Positions 1 to 14,800 of a stretch of DNA of 64,000 nt are shown piece after piece. Origin of the DNA: Paraspadella gotoi. Its lineage: Eukaryota; Animalia; Chaetognatha. The notes under the pieces are model-generated. The model had not been told where the DNA came from and did not search any database. It saw only the letters and a list, made by a program, of their open reading frames with translations. Where the stretch lies: contig CM119265.1 in assembly GCA_051294375.1 (NCBI GenBank), positions 5,262,355 through 5,326,354 of the forward strand. Reading direction: 5' to 3'. Positions within the stretch are counted from its first letter, which is position 1, and the number at the start of each line of letters is the position of its first letter. The position numbers and the translations under genes were made by a program.

Positions 1-195
1 TTTCTTTCCTTTTTTCGTTCCTTTATTCCTCTTCAGTATATTTCATCGCGGAAAACATAAAGAATCAAGGAAAAAAAAACAAAAAACAAAAAAAACAAAA
101 GGGCGGAAATCTCCGTGGATTATCTGATGGATCTTCTCACCGAAATGCACGATTAAAAACTAAACCTTTCCTGACCCAAAAATCCTGACAGTCAC

Positions 196-198
<3 letters not shown>

Positions 199-283
<85 letters not shown>
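199..283. repeat. (CT)n microsatellite
   Basis: Uninterrupted CT dinucleotide run seen directly. Confidence 0.97.
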
Positions 284-288
<5 letters not shown>

Positions 289-1934
289 TTGTTTGTGTTT
301 TTCGTCCATTATATCAAGGCAATTTGAATTGCGCGTTTAAGAATTAAACAAAATAAAACATAAAAATGCCTGTTAATTAACGTAAACTATTGCTTTATAT
401 TTTCTTTGGAAGAAAAAAGTGATGTAAGCACGTAGAAAGTAGAGTAAAAGAAAAAGAGTGTGGAAATATCGGACCAGCTAACTACGGAAAGAACAAAAAA
501 ACAAAGAGAGAAGCAAACAAAGGCGGGTAAGTTAGATCTTTGCCCTCACTGCGGATTTCCTCCAATCGCGGGCCACTCACCTTCAGATCGTAATCCGAGA
601 TGATGCCATCGCTCGATGCCATCGCTTCAGTGGCAATCGATGAGAAGGCCTCCGAGCGGAGAAAGCGGTTTCTTAGTTCTTTTTCGGTATAAATTTTAAA
701 GTTATTTAGATAGCGGTAGTCATCCGACCAAATTCAAATTTTAAATGGAAACAGCATTAAAATACTAGATCCTATATACTTTTGGTAATGTAATATATAT
801 GAGTGAGTTGAAATATGAATTTTTTTTGCAGGAAAATCGCTCGTGCTCGAACCCACTGAAGCTAAATTTTCGCTAAATTAAAGTAACTGATCTATAGACG
901 ATATATTAATTGGCTAGACCTCACTTATATGCATACAATACTTATTTTTTTGTCTAGTGAGAATATCTCGATAGTGTAAGTCATCGACTTGTAATTATTT
1001 CTGAGTCAGGACTAATAACCGCTATACGGCGACTTAAGCTCGAGAAATCAGTTCAGGTTAATTACAACTTATTCAAAACTTGGCAGATGTGTTTATTACT
1101 AAAAATAGTAACAATCTGGGCTTAAAACCTCATCTCGCGAGTGATGAATCGATGAATTATTAATCATTTTTAACGGTTTCTCAGATCTAACCCACGCTAT
1201 TCAATCAAATTATTGGGGAAAGAGAGATATGTCTCATACCTGTGTAAGATAAACTCTTTCCATAAGTGCGTATTTGAATCTGCTTTTAAGAAACCTACAC
1301 AAATAACTTCAAAATAAAAGTGATTTTTGACATCTTCCCTATCTATAAATTAGGAATATTTCAAAAAAATTAAATCTACTAATCTTCTTGGCCATTTTAG
1401 AAAATTTGCCCACTTTGACAGAGTTTTTGAAATGTTATGCAATTCTCTCTCTTGGGGAAAGGTTCCCGCAAATGTATACAACTTGAAATTGACGGAACGT
1501 TGAGCTTCCTACGTATGAAATGTACACGGAAGTACTATATACATACATTCGATTCACTCAAGTCCTTTTTAACCGTGATTTAACTCGTGACACAATCTTC
1601 TAATTACCTATTATTTAGAAAGCGTTCATCTACAAAGCTAGCAGAGTGAGATGAAGCCGAGCTCCTTTAATAAAATCTTAAAACGTAAAAATCTGACATG
1701 CTTAAAAATATATGTTTTAAGTGAGAAGACCTGCAATCGTCGTAGCGTTTTTTATTGATAGTACTTAAAAAAAAGGGAAAGCATAGCAGTCAAACAGCAT
1801 ATAACCTTTGTTGCGAGGGAGATGGTTAACAGAACGAAAAAATATATTTTACCGTGCAACTGGGAATGGAATAGCGGAATGCCTAACGCATAGTGACATC
1901 ATTTCGGGAGTTCGCGTCTATTCACGAACGTTTA

Positions 1935-2890
1935 AATTTTTCGTTCCTTCCATAACCCTCTCTGCAGGTCTATTATATGTCCATGTTCGCCCCGGAGACG
2001 AGTACATTAAAGAACTCGAACGGAAGCGACATAAGATCCACAACCACCCAGAACATCAAAACAAATAACACACAGAAGGGGCGGAGTGGACAATCTCCCG
2101 GTGGGAATCTCATCTGGATGGGAGTCTTCTCACCGACAAATGGCACCAGATTCTTACAAACCACAACTACCAACCTTTTTCTGACCCACAAGAATCCTCT
2201 GAGGCAGTCACGTCTCTTCCTCTTTAGCGTCTCAGCCGTTCTTTCTGGCGCCTGTCATCGTTCTCATTCTCTCGTGCTCTCTGTCTCTGCTCCATCTCTG
2301 CTCTCTATCTCTCTTCTCTCTACTTCACGGCCTCTGCTCTCACTCTTCTCTCTCTGGTGTTAATGATGTCTGTGATGCAGTTTGTCCTGTCCGCTTACTA
2401 TCTAAGGGCATATTTTTTGAAATTGCGCGTTTATAATTCGAAAAACAGAAATAAGAGTATCAAGCAACGTAAGAAATTGTCACCTGCTAAATACGAATCG
2501 CGCTATAACTATATTGCTTTCTCCTATTCTCGACTTGTCCTTTCGAAGAAATAATAGTGATGGTAAAGCGTAAGAATAGTAGTCCTGAGGGAGTAAAAGA
2601 AAACGAAGTCGAATGTGGAAATATCGGACCAGCTAACTACGAAAGAACTAAAAAAACAAAAGAGACGGAGCAACCGAAAGGACGGCTTATAGGCATTTAA
2701 GATCTTCTGCCACTCAGCGCTCGTGTAGTTCCCTCCCAATCGAGACGGGACACCTCTGAATTCGCACTTACTCGTTATCCGTAGCGATTGTATCGCCATC
2801 GCTCGTTATGCCTAATCGACTAGTGCAGTTTCGCCAAGTCGATCGGGAGAGGAGGCGCCTCGAGCGACGAGGATAACACGCGAAATTACA
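1935..2890 (+). repeat. Insertion-rich duplicate of window positions ~1-670 (probable raw long-read sequence)
   Basis: Colinear anchors such as tggaaatatcggaccagctaactac (461 vs ~2616) and tcttctcaccga (~132 vs ~2125), with many single-base insertions; the (CT)n run of the original is scrambled in the copy. Confidence 0.8.
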
Positions 2891-3931
2891 TTTGTTATTG
2901 TTCCTGCTTGGCTGTTGTGTTGTTGTTAAAAGGAATTTGAAAAGACGAGAGTTTGCGCTGACGGAGACGAAGAGAAAGAAAGATCAGATGGAGTGAGAGA
3001 TACAAGACCGTGTACGCGGACCCTTGAACGCGACTCTCTCGTCCACATGTTCGCTTCCATTCCAGACGTCAAGTTCTCCGCGACCTTGTCTCACGTCTAT
3101 CTCACGTCACTAAGGGTCGCCCCCATATGTGATCCTAATTACCGGCGCTCCGAGGTAGAGATGATCCAGAGCGAGCGCGAGAACGAGGCACGAGAGAGAA
3201 ATGTCTATGAAAGAGAGAGAAGAAAGTGTCGATCTTAAACCCACTGACTCGACGCAAGGACAGAGACGAACTCGTGAAGGAATGATCTCCTGGACGAGAT
3301 AGTCAGTATCCGAGAAACATATATCGAGACGTGACATAGATGCAGAGAGAGGAGGACAGCAGGTAGAGATGATATGATGAGAGATGCAGAGAGAGAAACT
3401 CAGATATATGCTACTCAGCAGATTTTAAGAGTCGATGCCACTACATGGATAATGAGGCAAGTGTTCGAGTCACACGTCCTACGCTGGCGCATGCATCAGT
3501 TCAATTGTACTTCAGCTAATGTCATTGACTCGCGATCTTAGGCATCTACGAACAAAGCCCTGCAGAGCTGTTCAGACGCCACATCACAGACATAATTTCG
3601 GATGCTTGGAAAGTCTAAAAATGCCTTCGGGTATATTGGTATGACAAAGTACGATGTTTTATTCTTCTCGAGCGCGTGGCACTCGTAGATCCCACTCTCG
3701 ATCTTCTCGCGTGCTCTCGTCTAGCGTCTGTTCTCTCTCTCTGCTCTCTTTTACACGCTCGTGTTATATCACTGCACTGGCTTCATCTCGTCCTCTACTC
3801 TGCTGCTCTTCTCCCTCCTCTCATCACTCGACCGCGATTCTCTCTCTCTCCTCTCTCCTCTCTTCTCATCTTCTCACTCTCTCTCTCTCTCTCTTCATTC
3901 GCGTTTTTCTTGCAGAAACAATGGGCCGTAC

Positions 3932-3956
3932 NNNNNNNNNNNNNNNNNNNNNNNNN
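3932..3956. other. Assembly gap (25 N)
   Basis: 25 consecutive N counted in the sequence. Confidence 0.99.
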
Positions 3957-3992
3957 CCGCCCCGTAAGCCAGCTGTACCTTATGTTGCTTCA

Positions 3993-4062
3993 CGTCCGTC
4001 CGCTCCTTCGTTCGTTTGTCCGTCCGTCCGTTCATCCGTCAGTCCGTTCGTCTGTCCGTCCG
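3993..4062. repeat. Degenerate (GTCC/CCGT)n tetranucleotide array
   Basis: cgtccgtcc...gtccgtccgtccgttcatccgtcagtccgttcgtctgtccgtccg; such arrays often lie inside non-autonomous Helentron-like elements, but no termini were identified. Confidence 0.6.
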
Positions 4063-4700
4063 TTTAGTTGCTTCGCGCTCGATCGTCCCCTTCGATTTTA
4101 TCTCAACGACGAATCACAAAATAAGAAAAAAAAAAAGAAAAATGCGCGCGAATCTAAATTTCGTTTTGCGTCGAAAAAACTATTTGAAAATTTAATGAAA
4201 ATATCCTTCTTGATTTTGTACCCGTGTGCGGATTCCATGCTCCGTCCTATTGGTTTGGCATGAATAAGGAACTTGAATTTAACATAAATTTTGATAAAAA
4301 GGAAAGATTTAATAAGTTTATTTACAATTTTATCCGTTTTTTAGGCTTAAGTGCCCTTTTTTGTCTAGCAAAATGTTTTTTCCTTCGCAGCGAAAATATT
4401 ATTTCTTGATTTCTGAAACATTGTTTTATATTTTTTAGACCTCACCAAGAAAATATACAAGTAGACATCTTTATGAAAACTTTCATTCTCTCTCTCTCAA
4501 ATGAGATAGCAAGTATGTTCATAAGATGTCCAAATGTAGCCTTCATTACTTAAATCGTTCACCTTCTACATAAGTTTTAGTCAGTTTAAAACATTTTTTT
4601 TTAATATCTTAAAAACTCGCATCAGAGTTATCTAAGTCGCTTTTAAGGGCCAAACTCAGTGCCTAAAGCCCCACTCAGATCAATGTTCAAATGTTCAAAT

Positions 4701-4773
<73 letters not shown>

Positions 4774-5105
4774 AAAAGTTTTTCTTTGTTCCCTTTTTCA
4801 TGATATCCACAGTTGATGACTTAGCAATTAAATCGAAATATTTTAAATTTTTTTTTTTCTGTTATGCATCTGTAATGAAAATATACTGAAGAAGTTTCTT
4901 TCTTCACGCCCGCAGTTTCATGCGTTTTAGACGTTGCCCGACCGTGAAAGTCCATAACATCCATTAAAACTGTATTTTGTACGGGCGACGTGTTTCAATG
5001 TGAGTCTAAAACCTAACTAAAGAATAAAGAATAACTAGAGACTAGTAAACGGTAGTGACCGGACAGATAACCGACCGGTCAAATTGGTTAAATACTACAG
5101 AATTC

Positions 5106-5140
<35 letters not shown>

Positions 5141-5165
5141 NNNNNNNNNNNNNNNNNNNNNNNNN
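5141..5165. other. Assembly gap (25 N) inside an (AG)n run
   Basis: 25 consecutive N flanked by AG repeats. Confidence 0.99.
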
Positions 5166-5190
5166 AGAGAGAGAGAGAGAGAAGAGAGAG

Positions 5191-5235
<45 letters not shown>

Positions 5236-5353
5236 ACAGAGACAGAGACAGAGAGAGGCGAGGCATCACTTTTTCCTCACTTGTATAATAATGTATATGG
5301 TTCATGTGATGACTTTAAAAGAAACATCTTGTTTTATTTTAGACGATACAAAA

Positions 5354-6363
5354 ATGACGAGTCAAATCGCGCCGCCTTACCAACACCCACTCCACCGTCA
5401 TCGTTCGCCTCCTTCTCTCAACCCTTCGCCAACAACGCCGTCAACGCCGCCGCCTTCGCCACGCCACCGCCCTTCGTCCGCCTCGACAACGCCAACCATT
5501 TTCTGGCGGACTTGCCTCAACCCTTACGAACTAGCACTCAAACGGACCAACGGCGGGCCGCCTGTCGCCGCACAAACGCCGCAAAACGCCGCAAACGCCC
5601 CGCAGACGACGACGTCGCTCCCAACGACGCCGTCTGCTACGATAAACGACCACCAACACGCCCCTGCCGCCGCCTCTACAGCAGCTGCAGCCGCCGCCGC
5701 CGCCCCTAGCGCCCTCAAGTCGCGAGGGTCAGCCGTCGGTGACTGTATCTCCGCCTTAAACGCGGTTCCATCAAACCCCGGCGTCCATCACCGACACTCA
5801 GGCGTCGGATTCGGAACCGGCGTCGTTTTTATCCGTAAAGGAAGAGCCGTTGAAAACCGACGCAGACGATCGTATCGGCGTCGTCCTCGATCGGAGCGGC
5901 GCCGTTGCTCAGCAGCAGATCCAACGGTCCCAATCTCTCGTCAACAAGCAGTTGTCGCACCAGCAGCCGCCCCAGCAGCCACAGCAGCATTTCTCGCACT
6001 ATCCGCCTCATAATCATCATCATCATCATCATCAGCCCAATCACCATGCGGGCGGCGAATTCGGACAGGTGTGTGATGAGTCGGATGAGTGGGATGATAA
6101 ATATGGGTTCGAGGGTCACGTGACGACCGAGGTCAAGAGTGGGAATGAAAGTTTGCGACGAGAACGACTATCATGGGCCAAATTGGGCCAATTGGGCCAT
6201 GGGGCATGACCGATTATTTCACGGATCTCTCTCTCTTTTTTTCATGGTCATCCAAAATTTCGCGCTGTAGGCGAAGATCAAACACACCTGTCCATCTTTG
6301 AAACTCTCTCGTCTCTGTCTGTCTGCTGTCTGTCTGTCTGTCTCGCTGCTCGCTCGCTCGCCT

Positions 6364-6454
<91 letters not shown>

Positions 6455-7823
6455 CGTGTCTTTATCTATTCAGCGATTTTAATATGCGGGTCGAATCCAA
6501 AAGATTTTAAACCGTATGTCTCTCTCTCTCCCCTTCCCTCCAGATCGGCCCCGAAGCATTCACTCCTCAGCACCGCATTTCCGCCTCCTTGGGTCCGCTC
6601 GGGCGCCTGACTCCACAGCCGGTCCGGATTCCGCCAATCCGTCCCTCTCCCCGGAGTCCTCCTCCGAACGGCGCCATCAACTGCGCGCCCTATCTCAACC
6701 CATCGCTGGCGGCGGCGTCGCCGGCGGCGGCGCCCAACTTTTGCGTCGTCGATTCGATGGGCATGATGGGCGCCGGGTACGGAAATCATGAGCGGATCGG
6801 CGCCGGGACAGCCCATCCACGCCCCGTTCCGGCCGACGATGAGCCCGCTGTTATCGTCGGGCAGAATAGAACAGACTCAGGCCTTCACTTGGATTCGTCG
6901 GCATTTGACGCCGAGCGAAGATTCGTCCGTCCCGAAACAGGAAGTCTACGACGCTTACAAGTGGGTGGAGATGGGTGAGAGGGTGGAGACGGGTAGAGAC
7001 GGGTGAGACAGGTGGCGGTGCGGGTCGAGGAGGGGGTTTGTTACAATTCGTTATATTATTTAATCATTTGATTCGTTCATTCTTTATTCATTTAATCAAC
7101 ATTCATTGTTTACAATTAATTTATTAATATTCAGTTTGATTTAATCAACAATTGTTTTCGTTTATTATTTTTATCTTTAGAGAATTGACAAAGTTTTTGT
7201 TTGCAACGAATTTTATTTTAATTGAACAGACATGCTTCGACTTGCTTTACAAGACTTCATCAGCTTTTTGACAGTTTGGTTTGAAATTTGTGCATAAGAA
7301 GGGGGAGGAGAGAGAGAGAGAGAGTAAGGATAAAAAGGTTTTCCAACAAAGATGGTGAGACAGAATAGTGGTCAGATGAGAGGACAGGTCAAGGTGAGGA
7401 CAGATTGAATAAGTTGTGAAAAAGAAGTGAAACTTAGAGAGAGAGAGAGAGAGGGAGAGAAAAAGAGAGAGAGACAACAGCGATAAATAAATAATAAATG
7501 ATACATTGTTGCAATGTATAACAAAGATAAATGCTTTGAAAAACTAAAATTAGTGAAATTTAACAATTATCTAATGGATAAATAGTTAACTAAGGGATAG
7601 AAAGTTGAAAAATGAAATGAAAATTTTGAAAAATGAAATGTGAGAATTTTAAGTGTTAAGTTAGTGATTATAAAGTGAAATTTTAAGGAGCAAGAAAGAG
7701 CTTCTTTTTCACAACTTATTCAATCTGTCCTCACCTTACCTGTCCTCTCATCTGACCACTATCTTCTGTCACCACTTTGTGGAAAACTTTTACCCTATCT
7801 CTCTCTCTCTCCCTCTCTCTCTC

Positions 7824-7863
<40 letters not shown>

Positions 7864-10800
7864 CTCCCTTTCTTATGCACAAATTTCAAACCAAACTGTG
7901 AAAACGCTGTGATAGGAAGCTTGTAAAGCAAAGTCGAAACATGTCTGTTCAATTAAAATAAAATTCGTTGCAAACAAAAACTTTGTCAATTCTCTAATCA
8001 CTACTGAACAACGAAAAAAGAAAGGATTACTTCAATATTTTTATCTTTTATTTTTTCTTTACCCTTTCGGTTTTTTTTTCGAAAAAATTCACATCAAATT
8101 TAGGCAGTTAAATATTACTAAAATAGAAAAAAAAATGGATTTTATGAAATGAATTGATTTAGTACGTATCTATTAAACACTTCATTCATTTACTGTTTTC
8201 AGTGAGCTTTTGCGACAAGAGAAAGTGCAACCCCATCAATCCTGGAGATTTTGGAAAAATAGTCAAGTGCACTTTCCCGACGATGAAGACGCCGACGACT
8301 CGGGGCAAGGGCAGGTCTAAATATTGCTACAGCGGAATCAAGTTGCAATATGAGAGCGATACGAATGCCGGCTGGGGTAAGTAATTTGTTGTCTGCTTGG
8401 GATTTGATTTGTTCAGTATCAAAATTAGAAAAGATAATTTAATTTAGAAAACAACTTGAATATTGAAACTTTAGTGGCAAAAATTTCAGATAACACTTAT
8501 GAGAACCAAAGTAAATTTTTTAGTTCATGAGTTTTTCACATTAAAGTTATTTCAATTATACATAAATAGTTATTAACATTTCTCTTTACCAATTTCTCTA
8601 CAATATATCTCATACGCCGTCTTTCCAACGAGGACGAAGCGCTTCCCTGGCGCCGGGCGAATTGGAGCGCGCGGCGACCCAGGTCGTGTGCGAAATGGGC
8701 GCAGAAGTTAATGAACGCCCCCTTCAACTCCGCGCTGCTCGAACTGGCGGAATTCCTCGTCGGTCATCTTTACGTGAACAGCCAGAGCGCCGCCGCCTTT
8801 ACTATCCTCGTCACAGATGCAGACACAAAGGGCAGCGAAGAAATGGAGAAAAATCTGCGTGAGTTAATACTATATTAGATAATTGAAAAATCTTGCCATT
8901 TTTAATAATAATATATAATATATGTATAATATATAAAATTTAGAATCTAAATTGTAAATCTTTTATTTTGTCTCTTTGAGTTAAGTATAAAAATGTTGAG
9001 AAAAGAGTTTGAATTGTATTCAACAACGATTTTATTTTTTAAATAGAGGACATGTTTCAACTTCTTATTTTCAAGTTTTCATCATATTTCAAGTATAAAC
9101 AAGTTTAGAAAAGCATAAAAAAATATTGAATGATATTGAAGGATTATCAATCCACTATTTATAATTTAGTATATAAAATAAAATTCTAAATTAAATGTTA
9201 AATATTGGGTTTTTAACATGCGGGACGTTAAAAAATTATTGTCAAAATTAAATATCGGTTAAAAAGTATCATTAATATAAGTAATTATAATAATTAATAT
9301 TTAATTATCACTTCCAGAACCGACTCCCTATTCGCGAAACGCCCAACTTTCTCCAAGCCGACAAGAAACACCATAGCCCCCAGACCACCGGCTTACGGGT
9401 GGAAATGAACTACGGCAGTGCTCCCATGCTGGCCTCCTGACCGCAGCGCGCCAGGCACGCCGCTTTCTTCGAGGGAAAAGTACATCGGGCATGATCCTTC
9501 AGCAGCGAGCAGCAACAACAGCAACAGCAACCGCAGCCACAACCCCATTCGATCGGATGCAAAAGTCAGCGTATCCGATGCCAACCGAAACTGTTCGATG
9601 AATAACTCGAACTAGCAACAACTCCACCGCCAACGAATCAAACGTCACCAGCCCTTTGAAGAGCTTCAACTCCGCCCTTCGAGTCGGTCCAGAGTCCAGC
9701 AATCCCAAGGGACGCCATCGCAGACATTTCTCAAAGAAAAGTTGGCGTCGCCTCGAAGGTCCAAGTACAAAGACGTCAACAAAAGTCGGAGGCCAGCGGC
9801 AAGAACGGACCAACAAACGAACAAAAAGGACATAGACACTCTGCAAATGCCGCCTCACGCCGGCCAACTTCGCCCCGAGGGTCTGCTCTCAGCACAATTA
9901 CTCCAGCAACGCCTCCAGTACACTCCGGCCGCAGAGCGAAGCCCCGGAAGCGAAACTCGATCCGACGAAACTACCAACGCCATCTACTCTGTCTCGACGA
10001 AACGCACTCAGTACAAACTCTCGGTGCAGGATTTGACCGGCCTTGAAGGCGAAAGAGGAGGTCGAGACGGCTCCGGATATTTTCAAGCTGCCGAATCGAT
10101 CGATCAGCCTTCCAACCTCAAAATCCTTTGGCGAGACGAATGACACATCATGCATTTGGAAAGACGACGCTCTCGTGGATTTTCTGGGGACGATGCAAAC
10201 CAGCAACTGTCTCATAGGGGGTCCGGTGCCAATGAAGTACCAACACACTCATGCAGCAGACTTTTCGATCTCACCCAGACCTACCTCAGAGCATCGGCCT
10301 AGAGGCGATGACGCCGACCAGCGCCGGCGTCGGTGGCAGAGATAGCTCGACATTTCGCCCTCAGCACAATCGGCCAATCGCCCGCGCACATGAGTGCGGC
10401 CGATCGTAGGTGCCCAGCGGACTCTGGTCATCACCCAATATAACATGACAGTCAGCAGATAACCACTTGGCTCCATCACTCTCGAATAATTCCAATCAGA
10501 GTTAATACCACTTTCTGCGCATTTCGAGTCAATACGCCAATCAATCAATTCCCGCCACTACAATCATGCAATTTCAGTCAATTCGTCCTTGGAGTATCCT
10601 TGTTACGGCATTCTTCAACTACTCACTCAGCATATCAGTAACCAACATACAGATCAGATCCTCTCACGCACAAATCGAACTCCCAATCAGCGGCGAATTA
10701 TAACCGTAATAAATTTACCCGACGTCTACGCGGAAGATAATCTCAGCGGCACAGCCCTGAGGTGCCCATCTCTCCTCCACTCTCCAATGGGCAATCGGAG

Positions 10801-11847
10801 ACAAGCTCTCAGCCGTCTCCCTCGCCCGGCAGGTTTCGATCACGGGCCAGCAGCTCCGAGCGTTATGCAGCCTCACCTCGCTCCTCACCTCTTACCGTCG
10901 TCCGACAAGGCATGGCTAACAATCCGTCAACGCGGATAGCTCTACGAAGAGAAAGCAAACTCACGGGCTACTGACTCAGAGCAATCTCTTCTCAAAATAT
11001 TCCGGTTACCGGGGCTACGGAGGAAACAACCGCTTATGCAATTCTCAGAACGGGCAATCACTCTTTCACGCCATCCTAGCAGCCCGGGCGGACGTCGTAG
11101 CTAACCGGTCTCTTATGAATCGAACAATCCAGTCTGGAGATGCTCCCGTGCATTCAAAAAGCGAGGAACACTTTTAAACCTCAAGACAATACTTAACCCA
11201 GCCTCGGAAACAACCTACCGAGCAATCTCTCAGCCTGTACCTATTGAAAGTCCCTACTTGACCGATCAGGGCGCACGGTTATAAGCCAAGCCAGGCCGGT
11301 TTCAACAAAAGCGCCGGACCGCCGGAGCGGCACTGGTACAGGCTCGTTACGACGCCCGCGACATCTTACGCCCGCATTACTCGAGTATGCTATCCTGAGC
11401 GCAGGCCCCGGTTATGTCTTCCAGTTGTGCAAGACGGAGGAGAACGCCCGACACAAGGAAGGTGGCTCGGGAACACGAATCCCGAGATGCATCTCCCGCC
11501 GACTTTTTTTCGACTTGTGAATTCTAATAAGGGCGCACCGAGCCCGGCGTTGAATTGGGTATAAGAAGAGTCCGTTCAGCGCTATAGGAGTGCCGCGACT
11601 CCGCCCCTGCTCGGATCCTGGAGCATTGGACGGACCTGAACTGGGAATAGCTACGTCGGCTAACCAATCACCGGCGCCGACTTGTCACTCCAAAATGTCA
11701 CCAATGCGATCATAGGTTCTCCACGCCGGACACGGACACTCCTTTGTGACCGCCGCTGGCCGCCAACACCATAGCCTCTGGGCGGTACGCCTCTGCATTC
11801 AGGCTGGGCCGACGCGATTCTGAGGCAGCTTTCAGGGCTTCTCTTAA
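5354..11847 (+). pseudogene. Frameshifted duplicate of the RFX7-like gene (probably assembly artefact; otherwise a pseudogene)
   Basis: Same exon/intron sequence as 16668-22896 (e.g. ORFs 6788 IEQTQAFTWIRRHL and 8202 SFCDKRKCNPINPGDFGKIVK) but with dozens of indels that increase towards the 3' end. Confidence 0.8.
7177..7997. mobile_element. Foldback/MITE-like element (duplicate of 18506-19344)
   Basis: Arms ttagagaattgacaaag... (7177) and ...ctttgtcaattctctaa (7997) are reverse complements over ~250-300 bp. Confidence 0.7.
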
Positions 11848-14800
11848 TTGGCAAATAAATAAGTCTTCGTTCCTTCAACGAGCAAAACGACCGAGACCTG
11901 CACACGAAACATTATCAACGCATTCATTGCATTCAAAATTTGTTATTGTCTCATGTTTCAATCTTGTTTTTCGGCGTGTCAAATATTGGCTGCTTACATG
12001 AATGATCGTCTTCCGTGTGCATTAAACGCCGCCTTCGAATAAAATAAGTGTTTCTTGTGTGTTATTTGTAGTCGCATGCTATGACTCTAGAATCAATTGT
12101 GACGTGCGTTTTTGAATGATAATAATTTGCCATGCTTAGCAAAAAATTCTTTTTCCAATCGATGCCGGTTCTATTTATAGATATCTTATTTTTTGAACGG
12201 TATGCTAAAACTTGTATTTATCATCGATTATTCCTTTGAAAATAAATCTCACATCCTACTTTTAAACTTTAAAAATTATTTTATTGTCTCGAATTCTGCT
12301 TTGTATTTATGTCTTTAGCTACCCCGATTATTCACACCTTCGTACGTTTTAGCATTGGTTCTAAACACACAACCCGAAAAACAACAAATACAAAACCAGT
12401 TTTTTTGAAAGCTGCTGTACCTTACCCATGTTGTTCACTCGAACGCATGCAGTGAATATAAACCACAACATCAACACCACGAAAAGGTGCCGCATCTCAA
12501 ATTGAAGAAAGTTATATTTTAAGAGAAATTTAACTAAAGTTAGTTTCAATACAATGACTGCTATCGATGCTTTATCTATAAAAAATGGAATTAATAATGA
12601 ATCAATTACTAGCTTGAATGTATCAAGTGACATCAAATGAATATAATGTCGGACTCAAATAATTATATTAATGAATTTTACAAGTTAGAATAACAATCAA
12701 ATCTTATTTTGTATATTAAATTTCAACCAATCTTAAAGTGTAGATACAAGTTTTACAAATGTAAATTCCTTCAAAATGGCGTGTCTGTAAGTGAAGTTAC
12801 AAGCTTTGTTAAATTCCCAAATTTTAAGAAAAGAAATCACACTACTTATTTTTATTAAATAATTTTGCGCCGTGATCAGGCCGAGATATTTATGTTGGAT
12901 AAAAACACAGAGAAGTATTATAAAAATAAGTTCCATTTTTCAATATACTTTCGCCATAAGGAAATTCACAGGACAAATATATTAAAAATAAGAAAAGAAA
13001 AAGACAAATATCGTTTGCTCTCTCTCCGTCGTCCTCTCTCATCGGTCTATCATCTGTCGAGCTTTCCTTCGGGCAAGACGTGAACGGCGCCGTCTCCCAA
13101 CAAGCTCGATAGGTTTCGGTTATCGTTTGATCTTTGCCTTCGAAGTGTGTCACATCGCGACAGAAACTCCCCTACTTGGACTCCGAAGTGTATTTATCAA
13201 CTATCGTCTGAGATCATAAACTATTGCCAACATAAAAATTGTTATCCAAGAGAAACAATAATTTACAACCATGCTTAATGATCGAGCCTTGGATTTTTTG
13301 ATTTTTTCTCGTAACAAACACCGAAGGCTCTTTTCTCTTTAAACTTAATCTCAATACAAGGCATTATGTTGTATATCTTCGCGTTCAAGTAGAGAAGAGA
13401 CTAGCATAAGGTGCTCTATATTGTTTATAAAATTTTTAAGTTAGACAAGATTATTCTAAATATCTGCTCTTTTTCATCCGAATTCAATAAAAAGACTTTG
13501 TATGGAAGACAAGAGCCTAATCGTATTGATATATAATGAGCGAGAGATAATGAGAGTCACACTGACACAGCATCTGCTTCTCCTTCCGTGCGTCATCCTG
13601 GCTTATGTTGGAGTGGTCATTCAATGGATCATGTATTGCTGTATTTTTATCTCCGCGAAACCGGAACAAGCACAGGTCAACGACTACCGAGATCAGAATC
13701 TCTCATTTTCTCTCGGTAAATATAATTGTTTCGGTGCGCTAGTGCATCTCCGGATAATATAATACCTTACGTACACAATGAGATTGAGAGAAGTGCGACG
13801 TAGCCAGGAACACGATCATCCAAATAAGAACAATGCATAAGACATAACCATAACATTTCGTTTTATAACAAGAGAGACAAATTATGAATTTGACACGAGG
13901 GCACGAGGGAGGACCGACGTTTGGTTTTTTTACTGGAGAGAGAGGGAGACCTGTGGACCTAATGAGAATTTTGTCTTGTACTGTCTGGAAAGTTTAGTCA
14001 TAAGGAGCACGAATGTATTGCGAGGAGCGGTCAGATTGCAACGAAGATATATCCGTAACACATCGATTTTGTCTCATCTCGCGGAATCGATCCTAACCAG
14101 CAACACTCCTCTCTTGTGTAAGAAAATAAGATAATTTATATAGCCAAGCATGGCCTACACATGCCGTGGTTCACACACTCTCTCCCACATACAACGGTCC
14201 TGCTGCAACTCCCATTTGCCCATATCTTAACTCTCGCACTCTGATTCGGATTCACGGGAGCCCCAGTACTCACGAAACGAAAAGTCCAACTCCTCCTGGA
14301 CCGTAAACAACCAGTAAACTTTTACTTACGTTTCGGGCAGAGGTATCGCTCGTCTACTGCGTTCTACATGATACTTTATCAAATAATCCTTGTGAGAGAA
14401 ACCAAACAAAGAACAAATCGCCAGGATATTTCACTCCGGACCGCGTGGTCCTCCAAATCTCTCGATTCTCTACGCTCATTTTCGTGGATCCAATCTCGGA
14501 TTATGTTTGGCGTGAGGCGCAGTCAGCTCCAGAGAAGGGAACGGTCGTCGGCCCTTTCCCTGACATTTTTTATGGTCCTCTTAAATTAAAATAATCAGGA
14601 AAGGAAAGAGAAAGTGAGAATGGCGAGCGAACGAAAATCAAAACGGAAGGACTTGTTTTTCGGACCAGTGCCCTCTACACCACTACCAAAGTGAAGGCGG
14701 AGCGGCAAAATACGATGTGTTGGCTGTTTCGCTCAACAAGGCTAAGAAAGACAAAAAATCAATTTTGTTATGCAAAAGAACGAAATGCCAAACACTGTGA

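Noticed and set aside
5354-11847. A functional second RFX paralogue
   Set aside because: Frameshifts in every exon, and the error pattern fits uncorrected long reads.
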